The notes beneath the pieces were generated by a model that ran no database searches, was not told where the DNA came from, and worked only from the letters and a program-made list of their open reading frames with translations. Made by a program: the position numbers and the translations under genes. A DNA stretch of 64,000 bases from Pavona decussata (Eukaryota): contig CDRNST010000263.1 of the NCBI GenBank assembly GCA_977016875.1, forward strand, positions 1,488,001 to 1,552,000, read 5' to 3'. Each line of letters starts with the position of its first letter. Position 1 is the first letter of the stretch. This document shows positions 13,686-24,500 of the stretch, piece after piece.

Positions 13686-15515
13686 ATGGCGGACGATTAT
13701 TGCATCTTGGTTAGAAGATGCAACTCCGATTCAAGCTGCTGCAGTGTTGTTTTAGATAGCGATAATGGTATTATATTAACAGTTGCGTCTTTAGTCGCTG
13801 ATTTATTTCCTAGAATTGAAAGAAGACGTCCATTCAGCCCAGATTGCTCCCTACTTTCACAAGATGATTTCGCGGCGACGTCCCCGACTGGTCGAATTGC
13901 AGTGGAAGTTGTTGTTCAGAGGAGCAAAGAAAAAGCATTCACAACGCTCCAAGGCTACGTGGTTTTACTTTGGAGAGATGAGGGTTTGCAGAGGATCGCA
14001 GAGCGTATTTTTCCATCATCGGAGTGGATGTTCGAATCATCCATTCCAGCTTCTGATAACCAACTAAAGCCAAACCAGTTGATGGGTGAAGAAACTGCAA
14101 CCGAACAACATCAAGACGAAGCCTGTACACATCAAAGTGTGTTGTCCGATTTTCTCCTAATTCATGTGGAGAATCTCAACGAATACTTGTCCTGCAAACC
14201 TCTAAATTTATCAACATTTAGTAACTGCGGTGAGATTCCAAAGAAAGGAGACAGTGTACTTGTAGTAGGTACCCCGTTTGGGTGCGAATGCCCTCCTGTA
14301 TTCTATAACAGTGTCTCTAAGGGGATTGTATCGAACATAATAGGAGCCAATAACGAGCTAATAATCACTGATGCTCGCTGCATCCCGGGCTGTGAGGGAT
14401 GTACAATGTATATCAAGAGTTCACAACCTGGATCAATGAAGCATGGTTTAATGCCTTATGGTGTTATTCTGGCGCCATTTTGTTGGAGAAATGGGGAGTG
14501 GATCGGCATCACTGTAGCATGCTCACTGGGCTACCTCCTGCAGAATTTAAGGAAACTCATAATCACAAAATTTCGAGTTATACCTCAAAATTTGCAAGTG
14601 TTATTGAGTGTGTTAAACCTGAAGACTGCGTCACAGTATCAACCAGTTGACATTGGTGAAGTTGAGAAAGCAACTCAAGACAGGAATTCATTTGTCATTC
14701 ATTCCCGTTTCGGCAATTTGAGTGCTTGCAACATTCTAGAGACGGCATTTGCTAGTGTTGTCATGGTTCAATATGGAAGGACTTGGGGATCTGGCATTGT
14801 GATAGATGCTGACAAAGGTCTCCTAGTAACTTGCAGTCATGTGATTCGAGGACACGAAGCCTCTTTAATGGTGACAGACAACAAAAGCGGCACTCAGTAC
14901 TTGAGTAGAATGACACAGGACAGCGTTTTTTGTGTGCTTCCAAATGGTATCAGATGCATGGTACAAGTGCTTTATGCTACAAGTGAAGGTTTTCCTCTGG
15001 ATTTTGCACTTTTGAAAATTCAACCACATTCCTCACTAAGATCATTAAAACCAAGGCTAGGGACAGATGGCACTGAAATGAAGTCTAATCCTTTATACAG
15101 GAAAGGAGAAGAAGTCTTTGTTGTTGGTTTTCCTCTTTTTTCAAGAGACCAACACACCCAGGCATCAGTTGTTTCCGGGGTGATTTCAAACATTGTTTAT
15201 GCCGACAACCAAGCAGTGCTACTGCAATCTAGTGCTGCAGTGCACTGTGGGTCCAGTGGAGGAGCACTGGTTTCCATGGTAACAGGAGAACTGCTCGGAA
15301 TGGTGATAAGTCACACTAAAGATGCAAACTTGACATCCTCCTTTCCTCATGTCAACTTCAGCATTCCTGTTGATTTGCTGTGCAAACTTGTCTCAGCTAT
15401 CAAGAGTGGTGGAATTGAGAATGGTTTGCGAGCTTTGGTTTCAGATCACGTGGGAAGTGTTTGGAAGCTTGAGAGTTCTGTACAAAAGAGCCCTCAGATT
15501 ACCAGCAAACTGTAA
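13686..15515 (+). CDS. TYSND1: Peroxisomal leader peptide-processing protease TYSND1 (two trypsin-like domains), single coding exon
   Basis: 609-aa ORF. N-terminal degenerate protease domain (GTPFG..FYNSVSKGIVSN..ITDARCIPGCEG). C-terminal domain with triad motifs TCSHV, LDFALL and VHCGSSGG. Ends in the PTS1 signal SKL. Confidence 0.92.
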   Translation: MADDYCILVRRCNSDSSCCSVVLDSDNGIILTVASLVADLFPRIERRRPFSPDCSLLSQDDFAATSPTGRIAVEVVVQRSKEKAFTTLQGYVVLLWRDEGLQRIAERIFPSSEWMFESSIPASDNQLKPNQLMGEETATEQHQDEACTHQSVLSDFLLIHVENLNEYLSCKPLNLSTFSNCGEIPKKGDSVLVVGTPFGCECPPVFYNSVSKGIVSNIIGANNELIITDARCIPGCEGCTMYIKSSQPGSMKHGLMPYGVILAPFCWRNGEWIGITVACSLGYLLQNLRKLIITKFRVIPQNLQVLLSVLNLKTASQYQPVDIGEVEKATQDRNSFVIHSRFGNLSACNILETAFASVVMVQYGRTWGSGIVIDADKGLLVTCSHVIRGHEASLMVTDNKSGTQYLSRMTQDSVFCVLPNGIRCMVQVLYATSEGFPLDFALLKIQPHSSLRSLKPRLGTDGTEMKSNPLYRKGEEVFVVGFPLFSRDQHTQASVVSGVISNIVYADNQAVLLQSSAAVHCGSSGGALVSMVTGELLGMVISHTKDANLTSSFPHVNFSIPVDLLCKLVSAIKSGGIENGLRALVSDHVGSVWKLESSVQKSPQITSKL

Positions 15516-15954
15516 CAGTTACTTTGCATGACTGCCAAACTGCAATGTTATAAGTAAACCTGTTAAAACTGTCCTTCTTTTCTCAAAATGATTGTATTCA
15601 CAAAACTAAATAAGTTTCAGTAATGGACTTTATTTCGAGGGAGATACACGTTTTGTTAGCAAAAAATGTTATTGATTTGATCTTTGATCTACAATGATGT
15701 TAGCAACCTTAGTAATTTCACGCACTAAGGTACATGCATGTACGCCATGACCTCATTTGTCATCTGAATTACTTGTCCTCAATCCTGTTATTTTTCAATC
15801 TTTTTTAAAAATTAAAATTAATTAAAGAAATTAAAATTTCTTTTTGCAACTGCGAGGATGTACTCTCTATTAAATCTTTCACTTGCAGTTCAAATATGTA
15901 TTTTATAAATTTCACCTTTATGTAGTCATCCTCCATGAGTATATTACAAACTCA

Positions 15955-16045
15955 CAAACTGACCAGCTCCCAGTTGGCTTGAAAGCTCAGCTGGTCAAGC
16001 ACTGCACCGGTATCACAGAGGTCATCGGTTCGCATCCCTTTTATA
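15955..16045 (+). mobile_element. tRNA-like head of an interspersed repeat
   Basis: agctcagctggtcaagcactgcaccggtatcacagaggtcatcggttcgcatccc has A/B boxes but a broken cloverleaf. Confidence 0.55.
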
Positions 16046-17060
16046 GCATTCTTTAGAACTGCTGACATTACAGTGAAGGTCTTTTACTTATGAAGTGCCA
16101 ACTATGTCATTGTTTTGAGCGATCCACTAAACTTACAGATAAGCAGTAGGAAGCACTTTCTTCTCGTGTGAAAACATGAGAGACGTGGGTACATTTATAG
16201 ATTACCTTGTCCGCTTCAAGAGTGTTTTACTATAAGAGTCAGCAAAGAAAATTCACAATGAAGCAAGCCTTGCTTTTAGGAAGCTGTACGGAAGGCCGTG
16301 GAAAATTCTGGCTTTAGCCGGGTATAGGGAATGAATAGTTTAGTTATTCTGTTCGCGCAAAACCGCGAAGATGTTTCTTTTCTTTTTTTGTTTTGTTTTG
16401 TTTTGTTGCTTAAAGGCAGTTCGGTTTCTTTAAGTTTACAGCTATAATACAGCTACCCTTGGATGATTTTTATATGTCACTACAGGAAAACACTTGTGTC
16501 TTCTAATATTCGTTTGTAATAATCGAGAGAGTTTTCAAATTGTATCTTTGTCTTGCTGGGTATCACAGAAATTTCTTCCCTGCCAACATCACGAGTATTT
16601 CCAAAATCGAAATAATTCATAGGCCGCCAAATCGCAACATAAAATCCTGTAAAAATTTATGTCGTACGTAAATAGATTGCAAACAAAACAGTCGTTTTTA
16701 AGCGAAACGAAGATCAGAATTCACCTAACGATCGTAAACTTTCTTTCGAAGACCGCGCGCCTTCACATGGCGGACCACTGAACGCAAGAAATATGGAGTG
16801 CTTTGCAGTCTAGAGAGCAGTCGCTATTTTGGCAACTCAGAGACAATACTAAGAATCAAATACTTTGCTTTTGATGGGACATAAAATCAGTTATTTCGAA
16901 GTGTTTCAAGAGGACTGAGACAAACTTCTTCAATATATTCGGTTCTTTTATTTTATTTTATTTACACACTTCCTGAATGTTTATTTATTTGCATTCTCCA
17001 TAAATTGTCTAATTCAGTGTAAAATTACAACGAAGTTCTGAAGAGCGAGAGGAAATTGAT

Positions 17061-17066
17061 AATGAC

Positions 17067-17120
<54 letters not shown>
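17061..17120 (+). repeat. (GAT)n microsatellite
   Basis: About 18 GAT units. Confidence 0.95.
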
Positions 17121-17148
17121 AGTAAACTATGTTAACACTCGAGGAGTG

Positions 17149-17562
17149 ATAGATGTATTTTTTTAGTGAGTGACACAGGCATACTCGGAAAAAGAAAACA
17201 TGACTTCTCCCAACAAGAGTTGAACCTGTGACCTTCCGATTACTAGTTCGGATGCTTTACCACTGAGCTATAGGAGACTCGAGGGAACTAAAGCCATTAA
17301 ACTATAACATAACAACACATATTGGCATTCAAATCCTAGCAGTATGCAGGATGTTTGTCCCATGAACCTAGTTTAACAATTAATGGCCTTAGCTCCCAGG
17401 CGTCTCCTGCAGATCAGTGGTAGAGTATCCGAACTAGTAATCGGAAGGTCTTAGGTTCGACCCCTGATAGGAGCACTTGGATTTCCTTTTTTCCCAGTAC
17501 GCGGGTGTCACTGCCTCGAAAAATTCATCTATCATTTATTCACCAGGCTAAAAATAAAACAT
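17149..17562. mobile_element. Palindromic element with two inverted tRNA-like arms and a 13-bp target-site duplication
   Basis: Arm ..ttgaacctgtgaccttccgattactagttcggatgctttaccactgagcta.. and its inverse ..gatcagtggtagagtatccgaactagtaatcggaaggtcttaggttcga..; flanked by cactcgaggagtg at 17136-17148 and 17563-17575. Single-arm copy at ~19330-19480. Confidence 0.75.
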
Positions 17563-17712
17563 CACTCGAGGAGTGTTTGCAAGGACCGTGAAAAATTTCC
17601 GTCATGTTCATTCGCGAAATACACGACTTGTAAAAGTGATACTGCCGTAACATTACAGTTTAAGGAAAACAACTGGCTAGAGAACAGAGAGAAAGATAGA
17701 AAGATCAAAGCA

Positions 17713-18302
17713 GCATGTTTATCATCATAATCCTTGTTTTACATCTCTGCGATTATTGTCTTTACTGAAAAAATTACAGTTCTTTAAAGATTGACATTGT
17801 TTTTAATTACAAACACGCTGATCGAAGCATGTTTATTATCATAATCCTTGTTTTACGTCTCTGCGATGGTGATCAATAATTATTGTCTTTACTGAAAAAA
17901 TTACAGTTCTTTAAAGATTGACATTGTTTTCAATTACAAATACGCTGATCGAAGCATGTTTATTATCATAATCCTTGTTTTACGTCTCTGCGATGGTGAT
18001 AAATAATTATTGTCTTTACTGAAAAAATTACAGTTCTTTAAAGATTGACATTGTTTTCAATTACAAATACGCTGATCGAAGCATGTTTGTTATCATAATC
18101 CTTGTTTTACGTCTCTGCGATGGTGATAAATAATTATTGTCTTTACTGAAAAAATTACAGTTCTTTAAAGATTGACATTGTTTTCAATTACAAATACGCT
18201 GATCGAAGCATGTTTATTATCATAATCCTTGTTTTACATCTCTGCGATGACGAAGAATGAAGAATTACGTTTCATTTTCAATTTTGAATTACAAATACGC
18301 TA
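17713..18302 (+). repeat. 127-bp tandem repeat, ~4.5 copies
   Basis: gcatgttt unit starts at 17713, 17827, 17954, 18081 and 18208. Confidence 0.92.
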
Positions 18303-18529
18303 CTCGATGCGTCGACCTTCAGCCGACCAGGATTGGCCATCGGTTGATCACGAAGCAAAACTTTTCTTCCATTTGTAGTGAAAAGTGACCTGAATCTCCT
18401 CCCACCCCACCCCTTCCCCCGGGCATTGACCCAACTTTTGAAAAGTGAAATAAGTTCTAGAAGTCCACTTTAAAGTAGTTTGTGAAATCCCTGTAATATA
18501 ACGACAGCAATGCATGCAACTATTCTTCC

Positions 18530-21500
18530 TTATTCCTTACCAAAGTACATTGCAATCAGTTCTTTCTTGTCTACTTTTCCCATTGCGTTTCTTGGTAACT
18601 CGTCCACAACAAGAAGGACCGTGGGAATCTGGTACGGGATCATACGACCGCTGGCCCATTGTTTCAAATCTGACAGGCTCATTGTCTGTGTATGCATACA
18701 AATAAGGGCAAGTAATTCATGGTAAGGTACCATATAGTCACCCACATAACCCTAACCCTTACCCTCCATATAGTCACCCTTACCTTACCATGAATTATAT
18801 GTTCAAATGAGACAAAAAGAATGAGACAGGGAAAACGAAAGTTAAGGAAGAAAGGAAGGGAGGGAGGGAAGGAAGGATGTTGAGATGTAAATACAAACAT
18901 ATCGTAATTCCCTGACTTTGAAATAAAAGAAGATAAACTATCCCATACCTTGCCGGAATAGAGAGTGATGATTGCAGCCACCACCTCACCCCACGCGGGA
19001 TCTGGTTTGCCCACCACGGCACAGTCAGTGATGTCATCATGCGACAAAAGATGACGCTCAACTTCAAGAGCACTGCAAAGAAATTGATAATGCAACATTG
19101 CTAGGAATTGGCGAATACCAGTTGGCCGGAAGATGAAACGTTCGCCTTTTCAAAGGAAAGTCCTTTAGGATCTGCACTTTAGCCAAAGAGACAAGATATT
19201 TACAATACATGAAAAGGATTGGTCACAAAGGAGGACCTAAAATGCCTGAAAACAAGCTTACAAGGCAAAAATGTTTCCGAATTCCCCGTTTCTTGTAACA
19301 AATCTATAAGATTAAGTTTGTCAAGTTTGTTTGTCCCATGAACCTAGTTCAATGGCCTTAGCTCTCACGAGTCTCCTGTAGCTCAGTGGTAGAGCATCCG
19401 AACTTGTAATCGGAAGGTCTCAGGTTCGACTGCTGGTAGGAGCACTCGGAATTTCTTTTTCCGAGTTTGCCTTTGTCATCATTCTCAAGTTTCTTCAAGT
19501 TTAAACGTAAGTTGGCAGACTTTTACTTTGGAACAGCTCTAAGTGTTAGTTGCTAGTGTCATAGTGACGGGTCGTTTGCGTGCTTACATCAGCAGATGAT
19601 AATTTGCACCTGATTTTGTATCCTCCACTCTTGATAATATCAACAGATGTCCTGCCCAGGATACTGTAAACACCATCTTTATACACTTGAAACGAAAATA
19701 AGACATATGAGTTACTACCCCATGACTACTGAAAATCACAGTGTTAATTCCTCCCCCTCCCACCCTTCCCTACCCACTACATTCTCTGGTTTTATGCTCT
19801 TTTGAAATTATCCCACCGTCTGTTGCTATCCTCAGCTATTAGACTCGGACCAGCTTCGATGGCGACCGCAGCGAGAATGCCAAAAAACAAAAAGATTTTA
19901 ATGAGCAAACTAATAGTTTTATACGGGCGTTATACACTTTGGTACATTTGTTTGCTGCCCCTCTGCAAAATAACATGAATTAACCCAAATTCAAGGTTTC
20001 GTGAAGAAGGAGAGCACACGACGTGAAGTTTTCTTTCTCTTTTTAACGGGGAAGTATCACGCATATTTGCTGTCATTTCAAAACCCCAAAATTTTGTCTG
20101 TCAGCAGAAACAACAAAATAATTGTCAAGTTTGTTATAAATTATCACTCCAGTGCAATAAAACTGTCGTTTAGTGCATCTGGCCAGAGACAGAGTACGCC
20201 GGTATGGATTGAAAATTGAAAAATGTTAGGCTGATGTTTTTCAAGATCTCGCAGTTTTGGTTTTCTAAAATGCGCTAGAACAGATCACGTGTTGTTCCTT
20301 TCAAGAATTGAGTTGATTTCTTTCCTCTCGTCATTCTAGAATTATTTGGCAGCTGATTGAAGGTCTTATTTCATCATTTTTAACAAAAGATATAAAACCT
20401 CATGACACTTCCCCTTTAACTTGGACGCAGTCACAGGTAAAGTTGAACGAGTTGGAATAATCTGCTTAAATTTAATTTTTTTTTTTCAAACTGGCGTTTT
20501 CGTTGTCGTTGCCGTGGTGGGCTAAAAGTCTGTACTGCAAGGACGCTCAGTGAAATAGGTGGTTTGATACCAATCCCTATAGACAATGGTGTGGCAGCCA
20601 TGTTGGACGTAAGAACCTTTTGTTTTGTCATCCAACATGGCCGCCATACCTTTGTCTTTTTGGATCTCCAGGGATTGGTTGCAAACCACCTATTGTGGAT
20701 TTTGTTATTGGTAGGGAGAGAAGAAGTATTAAACAACAATTCAATCACACGTTACACACACATTATTTCAGTCCGCTCTTTCTAAATGGATTTTACTGTT
20801 TGAATATCCGAAAGCGATATTCATGATTATAAAGTATGGCTTCAATAGGGCTGGAGAGCTGTGACGATTTACATGAAACTAAAACTTGGGTGTAACTGCT
20901 TAGTCATTGATCTCAGTCAACATCCGGGGTCAACAGCGTTACACCCAAAGTTAAGTTTTACGCAAGCCGTCCCAGGTCAGCTGTGATAAGCCTAGAGAAT
21001 GCAGAGTTTCTCGAAGTCTTTCGCTTCTCTTTTTTGCTCTACGTGGGTCCGGAGCTCACGTACTCCAACCCGGGGCCTTTGTTCATTTCACTCCTCAGGA
21101 AAAATTCCGAGCTCGACTTGTAGGCAATCATTCTACCAAGAATGATGGAACTCATAATGTCTACAATGAAAACATATGTTCATGTATACAAACACTGAAC
21201 AAGGCAAAAAGTGCTAGTTCATAACATTCACCTGCAGTGTCGCCTGTTTTAAACCAGCCATCTGCTGTAAACGACTCTGCTGTTGCCTCAGGTTTGTTCC
21301 AGTAACTGGTGAAGAGAAAACACAACAAAACTCACATACCTTATCACCTTGAATAAGCGTCCCTTATCTGAAGTTTCCCTTCCCCCTCTTTAAGCTAAAC
21401 TGGTTAGCTGAAAATGATTTGGAATCCCTCTACATTATAAGGAAAAAAACAAACAGATTTGCAAATTAATACTCGTGTTAAATGTTGTTTCTGCACAATT

Positions 21501-24500
21501 TATACTGACAAATTCACGTCATCGGCATTGGTAAAACGTTTTGTAAATTTTACAATATATTTGGCCAACTATCCAAAGTAACATAATTGCGATTACCAAG
21601 TGAGTTAGTATTAAACTATATGAAGCTACTTTACATGTATACTATAATTTGTTACCAAAAATAAATCCTCATCTGGCCATGCTTAGCAAAAAATTATAAA
21701 CCACCAACCTTCAATAAGCGCCCCCTAGCTTAACCTTAAAAGCCAGAGCGTTCAGCTCATTCGAGGATTTATGGCATTTTCATGATAGCAAGTTAAATTT
21801 TACAGTTAAAGCTGCTGTAACAGAGCGCAGTCACAGACAACTTGCTGTCTTGTCTTGCAATTATCACAAAGAACAGTCCGTGTTTGTTTGTTAGTAGACT
21901 GATTATTAAAAACAGGTCTAAACAAATTATCATAAACTCACCATTTAAACACTGAAGGTCCGCGGACTTGCAGTTCTCCTTCTTTTCCTTCTTTGCCAGG
22001 AGAAACAAAAGAGCCATTTTCATTTCCTTCAACAACAACCTGAAAAGTCAAAGGAAAAACCTGCTCAGCCTGTTTTTCAAGTTGGCTCCTGGTTTGTCTG
22101 GAAACTACAGTAGTCCCTTTTTAACTGGACATCAATTTTTCAATTTTTTCTTCCACTGTACAACCCAACATACTCACAAGGCATGTTGATCAGCTAGGCT
22201 CAAAAACCTAGAACCCTAGGGAGCAGGGATGGCACAGTGGTGAGAGCACTTGCCTCCCACCAATGTGGCCTGGCTTTGTTTCTCAGACTTGGTGTCATAT
22301 GTGGGTTGAGTTTGTTGTTGGTTCTCGTCCTTGCTCCGAGAGGTTTTGCCATGTACTCCAGTTTCCCTCTTCTCAAAAACAAACATTTCCAAATTCCAAT
22401 CTGATCTGGAATCTGAGGGTCACAGGTTTGTCAGTCAGACTAAAGTGTCAAAGTTTATTTATTTATTTATTTATTTATTCCATATCACATTTACCTCATT
22501 ATTTCCATCCACAATCCTAACTTCTGTCCCAGGTAGAGGAGTTCCCACACAACCCTAAAATGAAAATAGTAATTATAATAATAGATATTGTTATAAAAAG
22601 CTGTGTAGTGGTGAGAATTTGCCATAGTTACTACAAACAGGAGCTCATCATTTTCATGTGCTTGAGAGGTTGCTAAGAACTCATGACAGTAAGAACCTAT
22701 TAGGAAACTGGTCATAACAAGTTTGCTAAGAACTCACGACTGTAAGAACCTATTAGGAAACTGGTCATAACAAGTTTGCTATGAACTCACGACAGTAAGA
22801 ACCTATTAGGAAACTGGTCATAACAAGTTTGCTATGAACTCACGACTGTAAGAACCTATTAGGAAACTGGTCATAACAAGTTTGCTATGAACTCACGACT
22901 GTAAGAACCTATTAGGAAACTGGTCATAACAAGTTTGCTAAGAACTCACGACTGTAAGAACCTATTAGGAAACTGGTCATAACAAGTTTGCTATGAACTC
23001 ACGACAGTAAGAACCTATTAGGAAACTGGTCATAACAAGTTTGCTATGAACTCACGACTGTAAGAACCTATTAGGAAACTGGTCATAACAAGTTTGCTAT
23101 GAACTCACGACAGTAAGAACCTATTAGGAAACTGGTCATAACAAGTTTGCTATGAACTCACGACAGTAAGAACCTAGTAGGAAACTGGTCATAACAAGTT
23201 TGCTAAGAACTCACGACAGTAAGAACCTATTAGGAAACTGGTCATAACAAGTTTGCTATGAACTCACGACAGTAAGAACCTAGTAGGAAACTGGTCATAA
23301 CAAGTTTGCTATGAACTCACGACAGTAAGAACCTATTAGGAAACTGGTCATAACAAGTTTGCTATGAACTCACGACAGTAAGAACCTAGTAGGAAACTGG
23401 TCATAACAAGTTTGCTAAGAACTCACGACAGTAAGAACCTAGTAGGAAACTGGTCATAACAAGTTTGCTAAGAACTCACGACAGTAAGAACCTATTAGGA
23501 AACTGGTCATAACAAGTTTGTTCAAAGAGGATCCACCTAGTATGGGGTTTGAATCTGTCAATTTTACTGCTGGATAGAGGGGTGGTTATGAAATAAAGAC
23601 ACCACCTTTTGATGTTGAGGAAGAGGTGTGCAGGCAGAGACCACCATCTATTTTGGGGTTTGGTAGGTCCTGTTCAAGTATAGTAGTTTTAACCACTTCC
23701 CTTAAAAGTTGCTCTTAGATCTATGCAAGTTAAATAAAGCAAGTAATCATTCATGAAATATGTTTATTTGATATGAACAAGGAAACCTCTTAAAAGATAC
23801 ATTTCTTATAAATTTTATTATTTTCATTTAATTAAATGTAATTTAACCAAATTTAATTTAATTTAATTTAACCAAATTTAATTTAATCAAATTTAATTTA
23901 ATTTAACTTAAACACTAAGCAGATGGTCCAGTAATGCGTATCAGATCTATATTTGCACTCTCTTACTATCGTGGGGGTAGCAAGCCATCTCACGTGGCAG
24001 GTATTTCTCAAATACCTAGTATCTAGTATCTGGTAAGTAGACTATCTAGTATAGGGTGCCTTGGGACTTTGGTAGTTCGGGTCAGGGCTTCCCCCAGCCC
24101 TGAGCCCCTCTTTCCCTCTCTGATCTGGCATGCAACAGCTCAGGGAGTCCCTTTGGCCTGGAATGGGGGATTATGGCGCTGGGTCACAGGGACTTGCCAG
24201 CAATGGGGGCAGTATTCTATCTAGGGGCTGGCTGGCCACAGTGGAAGCCCCTGGGTATCCCAGGCACCCACCTTCCACTTAAGTGAGGCAGTTGGTTAAA
24301 GTTCTATTTTGGGAATAAATTTGACCAGACCACAGTGTCTTTAGTTGCCAACTTCTTAGCAGCCAAGCCCCAAAACAAAAATATGTTACAAATGAGTCTT
24401 ACAGGCAATCTTGGTCCATGAAGTGGATTGGACAGAGCCATTCCTATCTCTGTCATTCCATACCTTTCCAATAAGATATGACCTGACATGAAAAAGAAAA

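Noticed and set aside
13318-13755. 145-aa plus-strand ORF spanning the bidirectional promoter
   Set aside because: TTG start, overlaps KNL1 exon 1 antisense and TYSND1 out of frame, no recognisable motif.
18735-18790. Telomerase-template or telomeric sequence (taaccctaaccct)
   Set aside because: Only about two degenerate units in a small ACSF3 intron, with no other telomerase RNA features.
22668-23521. CRISPR-like regular array
   Set aside because: Units are contiguous near-identical 53-mers with no unique spacers, there are no cas genes, and it lies in a eukaryotic intron.
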